A stretch of DNA of 64,000 nt. Source: Utricularia gibba (lineage: Eukaryota; Plantae; Magnoliophyta). A program made the position numbers and the translations under genes. The notes below the pieces were generated by a model that worked only from the letters and a program-made list of their open reading frames with translations, was not told the origin of the DNA and searched no databases. Positions 49,616-61,468 of this stretch are shown here, piece after piece. The stretch covers positions 4,774,001-4,838,000 of the forward strand of contig NEEC01000004.1 in assembly GCA_002189035.1 (NCBI GenBank), read 5' to 3'. How positions within the stretch are numbered: position 1 is the first letter of the stretch; each line of letters starts with the position of its first letter.

Positions 49616-52331
49616 ATGGCCTTCGATAAGATCCAGGTTTCCAATCCCATCGTTGAGATGGACGGTAAGATTTGGGGGGCCCGTGTTCTTGATTCGTTTG
49701 TTTTTGAACTTTTATGCTTTAGATCGCGTGGATCTGGATATTTCTTTCATTCCCCAATGGTTTGATCTGACGTTGGTATTGAACACTCTCATTTTATTTG
49801 TAATTGCCTTCTGCGATTCGTTCCTTTGCTTTTGGACCTGCGAAACTTCCGTTATGCATGTCTCCTGTCCGAGTAAAGAACTTTTAGAGAAAGCGGCAAT
49901 CTTTACTTTTTTGGATCCACATTTTTGGACTACTGATGTGAAGTTTTGAGTATATCTTTATCATCTTGATTTCATGCAACCATTTGGTTTCTTGAAATGT
50001 CGTAAATTTATTTCCTTTTTTCCCTTCATGGTTTTAGGAGATGAGATGACAAGGGTGATCTGGAAATTCATCAAAGATAAGGTAGTTAAACAACAATACC
50101 TTTTTGTCTTCTCTGTGGTTCACCAACTCTTATCGCGATATCTATTCTTGCTACTGTCATCAGTTGATTTTGCCCTTCGTTGAGTTGGATATCAAGTACT
50201 TCGACCTTGGCCTTCCCCACCGTGACGCCACAGATGATAAGGTTACAGTTGAAAGTGCTGAAGCTACACTCAAGTTAGTCTTTCTACGTTATCAATTATC
50301 TGCTATTCTAGTTTGTGCATGTATTTAGCATCAGAGTTGCAGGTATAATGTCGCCATTAAGTGTGCAACTATCACTCCAGGTAGGCAGTCATTATCGAAT
50401 TATATTAGCTCTGTTGTGCTTTAAGCTGAACTATAACTTAAGCTCGAGTTTTTATATGTATTCAGACGAAGCTCGTGTGAAAGAGTTTGACTTGAAGCAT
50501 ATGTGGAAGAGTCCCAATGGTACTATTCGGAACATATTGAACGGTATGTGAACTTCATTGATGAGCTCCTGTTTAAGTTGGATTTTTTTTTTCTTTTCAA
50601 TTCACTATGTTCATGGAAACTTGCTTGATACAGGAACTGTATTCAGAGAACCTATTCTATGCAAAAATGTCCCTCGTCTTGTTCCAGGTGCATATGAAAT
50701 TCTTTTTTCAGCATTTCTATTAATTATTGAGCTGCTTAACTTTTTCTGTTTGTTGCAGGATGGACGAAACCCATTTGCATTGGAAGGCATGCTTTTGGGG
50801 ATCAGTACAGAGCTACTGATACAGTCATCAAGGGTCCTGGAAAATTGAAACTAGTGTTTGGTATTACAAGCACTTCATTCATACTCCTGCTCTTCTCAAT
50901 ATTACCTCTCTTATCCTAATTCTGCATGTTTTGGTGTCTCCGTATCACTTCTTCTTATGTTTACAGTGCCAGAAGGAAAGAATGAACCAGAAGAATTAGA
51001 GGTCTATAATTTCACTGGGGAGGGTGGCGTTGCTTTGTCAATGTATAATACTGATGAGGTATGCTCCCTGATTTATGCTGATTTTTCCTTTGAAAACCCT
51101 TTCGCCACTGTATCAACACATGCTTTCTTTCGACAGTCCATTCGTGCTTTTGCCGAGGCATCAATGAACACTGCCTACCTGAAAAAATGGCCACTGTATC
51201 TTAGCACAAAAAATACAATTCTCAAGAAATATGATGGAAGGTAAGTTAGCTCTATGCGACCACCTTAATATTCTGTCTGTACACTTTGATTAACTTTTGC
51301 TTCTCTGTTGTTTTTTTCTTGATTTTTCATTCATCATTTCGTAGATTCAAGGACATATTTCAAGAAGTTTACGAATCAAATTGGAAGTCAAAGTACGAGG
51401 AAGCAGGAATTTGGTGAGTATACGTAGATTTAGTGGATGGATGCAAGCTTGTGATATTCAGTGATTTGGGAGCCTATATGACATCAAAAAATTAGGTACG
51501 AGCACCGCCTCATCGACGATATGGTTGCATACGCCCTTAAGAGTGAAGGAGGTTATGTTTGGGCCTGCAAGAACTATGATGGTGATGTGCAGAGTGATTT
51601 CCTAGCACAAGGTAAGAGGAAACATCTCACAGTCCATCAGATTCTAATCCTAGTGTGTATCTTTTTTCCTTCCAGTCTCAATATGTTATCATCTTTTCAC
51701 AGGTTTTGGATCCCTTGGGTTGATGACTTCTGTGTTGGTGTGTTTCCATCTCTATGTTAAAGCTTCCCCTTTTTCAAATTCATCACGCGCATTTGCATTC
51801 ACTGATGTGCTTGCGTTTCCCCACACACAGGTTTGTCCTGATGGAAAGACTATTGAGGCCGAAGCAGCACATGGAACAGTTACTCGCCATTACAGATTTC
51901 ATCAGAAGGGCGGTGAAACAAGCACAAATAGCATTGCATCAATCTTTGCTTGGACTCGTGGGCTTGCCCATAGGTACTCATTACATTCCCTAGTTAACTC
52001 CAGTGCTCCCCTCATCATAAACTTCTCTATCTCTGTTTTCAGGGCTAAATTAGATGATAACGCAAGACTGTTGGACTTCACTGAGAAACTAGAAGCAGCC
52101 TGCATCGGTACTGTGGAGTCCGGGAAAATGACTAAGGATCTTGCCCTTATAATCCATGGATCAAAGTGAGTAGTAGCCATTAATCCTCCACATGGTGCTC
52201 CACTGAATCCGTTTGGTTTGAACGATCCATATTTTTCACTATGGCGCAGGTTGTCTCGAGATCAGTATCTCAACACCGAAGAGTTCATCGATGCTGTGGC
52301 TGATGCGCTCAAAGCAAAGCTACATGCTTGA
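49616..52331 (+). CDS. ICDH: Cytosolic NADP-isocitrate dehydrogenase, 412 aa, 15 exons
   Basis: [17 protein letters not shown]|DEMTR, KCATITP|[38 protein letters not shown]. The 15 GT-AG exons sum to 1239 nt. No transit peptide or PTS1. Confidence 0.95.
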
Positions 52332-52599
52332 AAGTCACTCCCTATGTCCTGCTACATGCTGTTATTTCTGCAGCTGTGCAAGCCACTTCATTGGTGCCAT
52401 CTTAACCAGCTGCATTCGGGTTTCTTGCGCTTCTGAGTTGATGGTATTGTCTGTCGTTTTCAGTATAACATCAAAACAAAGTATTCATCATTGCACACTA
52501 AAGCTGCCAAAATCTCCTGCTCCATTTGATGTTAAGTGTGCCGCTTTTCTATTTGCTTGACAAACTAGAAAGACTGCCTTCGTAAAAAAGTAAAAATGG

Positions 52600-54500
52600 T
52601 CACATAACCAAGTGCAGAGCAGACTTCAAATCCTGGTAGAATTTCTGCTCAGAAAACTTAGAAGACCTTCTTCTAGCCGCAGTAGCAATCTCAAGTCTCT
52701 CAGCTACTGGCATTTCCATAACCTTGAGAATGGCTTCTGCGTAATCTTCCACAGTATCAGCTAGAAACCCTGTTTGCTGACCATCTTCAGGCAACAAAAT
52801 ATCCATTTTGGGGCCAGCTGAGTTATGGGCAATGGCTATGGTTCCAGAGGCCATGTATTCCACAACACTGATACCAAAATGCTCGTCTATCATGGAATGG
52901 ATTCCCACAGTCGCGGCTCCCAAGAGACTCACCAGCTCACTGAAGAAGAAAGAAAAGTACGAGTGTCACAACTGAAGAACGAGGCTACAAGTAGAGAAAT
53001 ATGACCTGTAGGATACGTTTTTATAGAACTCCACATCATCTTCCAAGTGCAGCTCCATGGATCTGTCCTTCAAGTATTGCAACCGTTTCTCATCAGCTTC
53101 ATTCCGGCAACTACCAACAAATTGGAGTTTAGGTCTTGGCGTTCCACCATCCATCCTTCTTATAGCAAGTGCAAATGCTTCAAGTTGAAGTGGGTGCGCC
53201 TGTGAGTTTAAGAAAATTGCATTAAGTCTATATGGAAGTCATGCAGACCGAGAATAATTGGATTTTATACGTATATACCTTGAAATCATAAATTCCCCAC
53301 CTTCTCAGGACGGAATTGAGCCACAGAGATGATCTTCAATGGGTCCATAGGCCTTTCTAGAGGAAGAACCTGTTCAGGGAATTCATGCAAGTTAGTAAGT
53401 GTACTTCCCTTGTCTGTACATCAAAGATGCATCACTATAGGATGTCAATTCCTGATTACCCTATGCCTAAACCAACAACATATGACTGAAAACACTGATC
53501 ATGTTTCACAAGGGATGGAGAATGCGAAGAAGATATCTTACCTGGAGACTGGAAGTGTCACAAGGAGGATACACCTTCTTAATGATAGTAGAAGTTCCCC
53601 ATATATTCTGAATATGAGACTGGGTCCATGAAGAATTAACCATTGCAAGATGTGAACAAGTGCCGACTGCTCCATACATCCAGCCGAAGCCCATGTAATA
53701 AATAACTTTGCACTGCGAAAAAAATGAACTGGAACAGAGATGTATTACTCAGTGTCATGATTCGGGGAACTGAACTAGAACAGTGCATTCTGTAGCATGT
53801 AAATATAAGAGGCACACCTCTTTGCAATAGCAGCATCATTGTTGTACATAGAGCTCTGTGCTTGAACTCGCGATAGCATGTCTAAACTTATAGTCGGGTA
53901 ATGAACATAACAGACAACTTTGCATCCAAATATTCGGGCAACAGGGTAAGTAAATGCATAGCCACTCGTATCAAAAAAATACATAGGAGTAAGTGCAGAC
54001 AATGCTTCCCATGAAAGGTAGATTGAACCAAGGCTTTGGCCAATCAATGTAAACCGTGGATATGTAGCTTGCTCAACCCACCTCCTCCTACGAAGATGCA
54101 CAACCTGCCAATGAGACAAATATAGCACCAAAAAGGATAAAAAAATGACTACAAAAAGTTCTGAAATATGCAATCAAATCGGACAAACCTTTGGAGGGTG
54201 AATCAATTTGACCCCAAAAAGATTAGCGGCACGAGCTGAAAGAGATTGTGGGTTAGCACTATGATCACCGGTGTAGATAACGCATTCCAGGTCAGGGAAC
54301 TCCTCTTGCACAGCTTTGAAAGAGCACCAGAGAACTCGCTCGCCTCCACCTCCGTCGTTGGTATACGGGTGGAAAAATCCAACTGATTTCTTACGAGATC
54401 TCCTTTTAGAAACCACACTAACAAAGATTCTGATGATGAATCCTAACTGAAGCGTCAGGAGCAGCAAGCCCACGGTATAAAAAATGGTTGACTTCGACAT
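52600..54500 (-). CDS. ALG11: GDP-Man:Man3GlcNAc2-PP-Dol alpha-1,2-mannosyltransferase, 462 aa; exons 54500..54189, 54104..53818, 53728..53542, 53369..53301, 53199..53006, 52939..52600
   Basis: [63 protein letters not shown]. Confidence 0.94.
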
Positions 54501-55258
54501 TCTTGCCCGAAAAAATGGCGGCTCAGAACCAAACAATCTGTCAAAAAAAAAGGGAACCTTGATGATAAAAACGCAATTTGGCGCAAATAAAAAACGCCTC
54601 CATCATCAAACAAATATTGGGTTTACTTCACCTAAAATCTATAGTTTACAGTGAGGTAAATCACAGCCCAGAAAGCATCCGCCTGCACAAACATCATCCG
54701 CAGACAACAAATTTCAACATCAAACAACGAAGATGCAATCCAAATCAAATTTCTACAGCATCACTCGGCGCCACATATGGGCTAAGCTACGGGATGATTG
54801 AGAAGACCTGGCCATTCATTCAGCCCAATAACTCCCTCACAAGCCCAAATTGAACATAGACCCTGATATAACATATCATATGGGCCACAGTAGCCTTAGC
54901 CTTCTCATTAAACGGCCCAAAAATGCCACTCTAGAAAAGGCCCAAGCCCAATTCGTTGACCCTATTTAGAAATGTGCACGAGTCCGACCCGCACGGTCAC
55001 GGATATGGCCTTTTAATGTTTTTCGATGTGTTGTAGAAATTAGAAATTGAAAATTTTTCAATTTTTAAAAAATAAAATTGCTCGTATTTGGTAACAAAAC
55101 TGTTTTTGTGACAAATTATATATTATTCCAAACAGAGTTTTAATATGTTATTATTTATTGAATGTGTGTTTTTTTTGTGGTGGAATGGAATATTTCACAA
55201 AAAAAATTCCAATACTAGGTAGGATGTTGTAGTGTTTTACCAAAATGCCCATAGGAAG

Positions 55259-56001
55259 TCATTCTATTACACGTCCAGGGAAGGCTTCAATGGTATCTTC
55301 CTGAGAAACACGGTGCCATCTGAAAGACTTGTCGTCATGCATAATATTCCGGTTGTGTATGAAAAAGTAGCCGTCTTTAGGAAGATCTAGCTCCATCTTC
55401 TCCAGCTTCTTCCTCAGATCACCAACAGCCTCGGTATGGCGCACTTTAACCGGAGTTTTCTCACCGGAGGGGTACACCTCCACCTCAATCTTCAGTATCT
55501 CCTTAGATTTGGCGTCTTTGGATGATCTTGAAGGCGCCGTCGCCGGAGCTGATTTCACCGTCAGATCTATGGGTTCCTTTTCCACTATTGCACATTCTTG
55601 CATCGTTTTCTGGGGCCCCTCGCCGACTATTACACTTTCTTGCATCATTTCCTGATTGCATGGTTTGAATCCTTGCGGGTTGAAATCGAGATCGGAAAAT
55701 GGGAATCCTTCGATTTCTTGCATTTTCCCATAGAGCTCGAGAATCCCGTCTAAGGTATCGATTCCGAAGTCGGTGGGTTCTGTGGAATGGATTTGTAAGT
55801 GGATGATGGCGAGGTGGTGGAGTCCGGAATCGTGGACATTGAGGTCATCGGAAAGAACATTGCCGTTGAAGATCAGTATTTGATCGGAAACTGGGATTTG
55901 TTTGTACCTTTCGATCCTTTCTTTGATATCGCGGATCGTGTCGAAGAAACCCACCTCGAAGCAGAAGGATTCTCCCCACCCTGATTAAAAATGAGGTCCA
56001 T
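55259..56001 (-). CDS. Plant protein with two ubiquitin-like domains, intronless, one apparent 1-bp deletion near the start
   Basis: MDLIF..GWGESFCFEVGFFDTIRDIKERIERYKQIPVSDQILIFNG (needs +1 nt near 55986); C-terminal UBL LPKDGYFFIHNRNIMHDDKSFRWHRV. Confidence 0.75.
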
Positions 56002-56371
56002 TCCCAGTTTCGTGATCGCCAACTTGAAACCTCTGTTCCATATACATACAGAGGCAGTTGAAGAAGAACGGTTTTCAGAGGAATACTTGCATGGTTACAT
56101 CCGCCATTCTTTTGAGAGGAAAAGAAAAAGGTAAGCAACCGCAAGATCAGAAGAAGAGCAGTTTTTTCGTAATCAAGAACATGATCAAGCGAGCAGAGCA
56201 TTATGTAGAAGGCTGTGAACACCAAAAAAGATATCAAATTTCGAGTGTAGGAACTGAAACAAAGCAATATGTCTCACAGAGTACCTCCAAATCAAAGCAT
56301 AAACATATGTAACACGATCCAAACTGGGAAAAAGCATACAAAGCAGGGTCCTCCGTCCACGCCATGTTGGC

Positions 56372-56620
56372 TCAGAAACCGAGCTTGGTCCGCCGCCAGT
56401 GTCGCCGTTTAGCGTTGTACCGGATTGTATTTCCGGTTCTCATCCGTATCCAGTACGGGATCGGCCTGTTCTGCCTCTGCTTCTTTGCAAGCTTCTTCTT
56501 TATCGCGAACGTCTTGTGCGACGGCTGAAAAAAAATCAGCAAATTCGTACAAATCGGATACTCTTTCTACCCTGAAATAGCATCAAGCAGTAACAGGAAT
56601 CAGAGACACTGAAGTACCAT
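56372..56620 (-). CDS. RPL39: 60S ribosomal protein L39, 51 aa; exons 56620..56618 (ATG only) and 56524..56372; absent from the ORF track
   Basis: M|[50 protein letters not shown]. Confidence 0.97.
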
Positions 56621-56820
56621 TTGATTCCGGCGCCGGAGGTCTCCGCAGGGGGTTTCTCAGGATTTGGGGGCCAATGAACGATCGATGAATGTGAGCCCTA
56701 ATTCGGTATTTATACCTCCACGTTTTATATACTTAATAAAAATAAATTACAATTTCCTAAACTTTGACTTAACTAAACGTGCGATTCTCCGAACGACGTC
56801 GTGTCAAGTATACCACAGAT

Positions 56821-57328
56821 TCATCTGTTAAAAGTACAGTTCGAGGAGGATTCAGCGAGAAACGATAAGCTGATTTCCTTCATATATTCATACGAGCCAA
56901 GCTGCGGCAATGCTTGCATTGGGGTAAACCTAAATTGGGCTCTCTCGGAATCGTTAATGGCCTCGTTGATCTGCGAACCAGTCGACACCTCCATCATCAA
57001 CAGGGGAGCTACGGAGGGACTCTGCTGGAAAAAAGAGTAAAAAGAGCACCTTTGTGGTAAAAATGGCCTGTCAAAAAGCGGCATTAGCTGGGCTTTAGGA
57101 ATCAGTTCCTGTCTGAGGATTCGGATTTCTTCCTCCTCTATAGTCTGAAGGAAAGCTGACTCGAATTCAGCAAGCTTGATAGTGGAGACATGCATTGATC
57201 TTTTTGTACCTTGAGGGCCTTTTCGACCTGTTTCTTGTGCTGCTGTATGATGCGGAGCTTGATTTCCACCTGTGGTAATCAAATTCTTCGTGTTGGGGAG
57301 ATGAAAAGCCCCAATAGAATCGGAATCA
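56821..57328 (-). CDS. Unrecognised ORF or terminal exon of an orphan gene
   Basis: Stop-free ~168 codons behind a CCATAG acceptor-like site, with balanced composition. No family recognised. Confidence 0.25.
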
Positions 57329-59034
57329 AGCTATGGAAGATTAGAGGCGATCGTAATACTAACACAAGTGTTGAAGATGGCACGCTGTGCAGCTCTATTC
57401 TGAGTATGAAGCTGAAACTCCATCGGCTGTGTGTTTTGCTTTATCAAAGATCTTCCAAGAACCTGCACCAGCACTGAAAGCATCTTAGATTACTGATAAA
57501 AGTCCAAAATATTGACAGAAAACAGACAAGAGACTCATCTTTGTAGCGCATTTTTTCCCATTTGCTGTCTCCATGATCACGTGTGTGTAACTAGACCATA
57601 ACAAGAGATTATGTAACTCTGCACTTTTCTGTGCTACTTAAAGCATTTTGGTCAAGGGTTCTGTTTTTTCATGTAGAAATCAATCATGGTTGTTGGTCTA
57701 TCATCAACTAACTTTGAAAGGTGAAATCTTTATGCGCTTCCTTCCACCAAACTGTCTGATTAAACTTCCCTCTCATCAATGTTCATGATGATTATCGAGG
57801 GTGATCAACTCCAACCGATCAGAACTCTACTCTAGTTCGACGATCGCGTTTGAATTACGAATCAAGTTCTAAAAACATGACCGCACACTCCCTATATATA
57901 TTAAGTCACTTCATGAGATTCTCCTCTGCTACCCTCTGTTTCGTAAAGCTATTCTGATTCATCTCAAGTTGATGTCAAATCCGTTTAAAAGCAGTTTCCT
58001 ACATAATGAGTTAATGGGGTTAGGCCATCTTTCTATGGCAACAGGAAGAGGCAAATGCTTGCCTATGAAGTTGCTGTGTAATAATGAGTACAGGTATCCA
58101 TGCTGATGCAGTTTTGCACCTACAAAAGGAGCTACGCGATATTTCATTAACTGTTGGCAATAGCAACTGCATATCAGCAATGGAGCAACATGGTTATCCT
58201 TATTCTCTAGAAGAGCGCACATACACACGACATGGACTAGTTATGTTGAGTAGAAATGGCAGAAGCCCACGTCTTGTGAGAAGGGAACGTGGTAAAGATT
58301 TTACTGAAAGAAACTTCGCTTTACATTGGAAAGAATGAAGTAGTCGATCCCATCAATTTTGGGGTCTGTTTCAAAATCAGGATCGGTGTAAAAGAAGACC
58401 CCAGAGATGTGAGTTACTCCAGGTATTAATCTCATCAGCATGAGAGCAACTAGAGTTAAGAGAACAAAGATGCTACTACTCACTGGCATGTCAATCTTCT
58501 CCCTGGGAAGAAGGTCTTTGTTCCTCAAAGGAAAAGCATAGATATTTGTTATTATTTAAGTACACTGCAGCTCAAAATTCAAAGAAAAACTAGAAGAACA
58601 AGCATCTCACAGCAGCATCCTCGGATAAGATTCAATACAAAAGTGAAGACGAAATCGTCTTTGGGTTTACGAGTGCTGGAAGAGGAAACGGGGACGCAGT
58701 TTGTGGGCCGACCAGTTTCGTTCAACATGGGAGGTCGGGCTACGGCTGATGGTCCTAAAAATATGGCCTAATGGGCTCAAAGGGGGGGGGGGGTGGGTGT
58801 GAGCCCATAAACGGGTGGGTATGGCCGATGTTCCAGAATCACGGCTGCTCCGGCGAAATCAATTTCCAGCGGCAAGTCGTCTCTATCTCCTTCTTTACGG
58901 ATCCAGACAAGTGTCCTGCGTTAAGTGTGTGTGTGTGTGTATGTGTGCTGTGTACAATCTCTCTCTTATTTCAGATCAACCCGCAAAAAAGGTCACTCTC
59001 GTACCCCCTCCCACTGAAACTGTAGAAGCGAGAA

Positions 59035-60053
59035 ATGGCGGATGATGATGCCAGAAAGCCCAACGGAGCCGCGGGTGTCGAAATTTTGGTGGAAGATACT
59101 CAGCACCTGACCCTATGCTCTGTTTTCAACCGCATGATCGGCGATGTTTTCGCTGGTGATTCCTCCTTGCCGCTGTTGCAGAGGATCACATCATCGCTTT
59201 CTGTGAATGTCCCCCTTCTTCCCGAGGCATCAAAGAATTCCGGAAAGGATGCTCTCTCATGGGCTAGGCGTGGCAGCCCACTCCGCTCTCTACTTGTAGT
59301 TTCCGTGAGTAGCTCACATCTTTTGCAATATACATTACAGAACATCTTCACCATCTTTCTCAGCTTGCTGTTGTATGTCGATCTATTCAATTCAAAAGCA
59401 AATAGTTTTGATTTTCTCTTGACGGTTTAGTTGTCTTCTTTCTGCGGTTGTGCAAAGGCCCCAGCTGAGTTTTTGGATCTTTAACCTGATTTCCTAAATT
59501 CATTTAGAATTTTGTGCTTTAGGTATGAATTTGTTTGTGGGTTATCATGAGTTGTGTTGATTTACTGGTTGCAGGTTGGAACAGTCGTTCTTCTTGCTCT
59601 TAGTGGGATATTAATCTTTACTCTGTTCTTCCTTGCGGCAACCTTCAATGCGATCATCATTTCACTCATAGTATCCTTAGCAGCAGCCGGAGGATTCTTG
59701 GCGCTGTTCTTTACCTTTGTTGCAGCAATTTATGTCTGCGCACTGTCTGTAGCTGGATTTGTCATCTCCACCGCCACAATATCTGCAATTGTCGCTTCCC
59801 TCATAGTTGCAGGTACACAAATCTCATTTCTTTTCTTCCCACTCTTGATATCTAGTGTTAACACTCGGACATCATAACGAATCACGCAGGTTGGGTTGGA
59901 TTCTTTTTTACACTGTGGCTGGTGGCACAGAAAGCCTTTCATCTAGCAAAGCGATCTGTCGCAGTTACAGGATCAGCAGTCTCAGCTTACTCCACTGCTT
60001 GGCAAGCTCCTCAACATTCTAGTTCTTCCATTTCGTCTAAGAAATCTGACTGA
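59035..60053 (+). CDS. LDIP: LDAP-interacting protein (promethin-like lipid-droplet protein), 223 aa; exons 59035..59304, 59575..59812, 59890..60053
   Basis: WARRGSPLRSLLVVS|VGTVVLLALSG...SLAAAGGFLALFF...A|GWVGFF: long hydrophobic core, spliced in frame. Family recalled from memory. Confidence 0.8.
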
Positions 60054-60659
60054 ACAAGCTTTGTGGATATCAAACTGCGTATGATGTGCCTGTTTTGCTC
60101 TCCAGAGCGGTGATCCTGAAGGGCAAATTCAACCTTTATGAATGTACATCGCACAAGTTTTTAACTGGAGTATAGAAACTACTACTCTATTGTGGGTGTT
60201 CAGGGACCAGGGCTGTGGGTGATATTTGGAAGAAACAGATCTTCACTTTCTAGTGATTTACTTGTTTGAGTTGGAATGTTCTTGTAGTTAAAATGGCTCT
60301 GAACGAAATAAGGGCGACTGAAGGGCCACTCTACCCTTCTCGATCGAGCCACCTCCCACCGGAGTGGGGTACAGATCGCTCCATCTTTGGCCGGCATCCG
60401 GTGCACCACAGACGCGTTCGCACAAAGGAAACCACTCACTGAACTCGCATCATCAAACCCTTTATTCCTTCTGAATTGACACAACCCCGTTCTTCGATTC
60501 ATCCCTCTTCTCCGAACTCCAAATCCCACAGCTCGCGCTCATGAAAACCCTAAACGGCGCTCTTCCTCCCACGCAGGGCGGCGAAGATGACACATCCAAA
60601 GAATCCAAAAGAGTTGAATCAAACAAATTGCCTATGAACCCATGTACCATAACCAGTTT

Positions 60660-61390
60660 CAGTTACAGGTGTGGGACGATACCCAACACAGCGGTGACAG
60701 AGGAGAATCGACTCAGTGATCGTTTGAGATTCCAGAACAAAGCCCACTCCTGTGGCCCAGTTCCAGCAGAGAAAGACAGGGACCGCTCATGACAAAGAGT
60801 CCTGCCATTGAATGCGCTCTCAGCGATCAATCGAGGTGTTATTCTGGCTTCGTCCTTGGACGGTACGCCATAATGCTCAATACTGTTCACATACTCGAAG
60901 CGAGGGACAGAGATATCAATGTCAATAATGTATCACGTGATTTTCAGGTTCCACTGTCTTTCAACCACACAACCAGACAGACAGTTGGGAGCAACAGACC
61001 CAGAGCACGTTGCGAATTTGGTCTCATCAGAATCCACTCCTCTGTCGTGGTATCAAGTTCTAAGATCACCGCCACATCGATGATTGAAGTCTAGAAGAGC
61101 CAACTGAGTTATCTCCTTGACTGCCCACAAGTTGATCAACTTGGTGGGGTGCTGCACCACAGTCTCCATTCGGTTCTCGTTACGTCCGCATTGAGTCTGG
61201 TGGGTATAATAAATTCGAGATCAGATGAGATGGATGGATGGAAAGGGGAAGCCTTTTTCAAGATGAAGGAATGGGATACATCAGAAACTTGGCGGTAAAG
61301 AAGTTGCATTTGCAGAGATTCGGTGGTAAATCGGAAACCCAGTTCAAGGAAGATGAACAAGAAGGGGTATAACTGATAGATGATCATATG
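60660..61390 (-). pseudogene. Possible degraded F-box-associated (FBA) domain relic
   Basis: Broken reading LGFRF...TEWRLW..PP*..LSWLF*..VILELDTTTEEWILMRP...LGLLLPTVCLVVWLKDSG..WNLK resembles the FBA motif order. Several stops. Confidence 0.3.
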
Positions 61391-61468
61391 AAACTTTCAG
61401 TACTCTAGGGAAAAATCAAATGTCCAGGCAGTGGATCATTAAAAGTTTGATGCCTTTTCTTTATCTCT

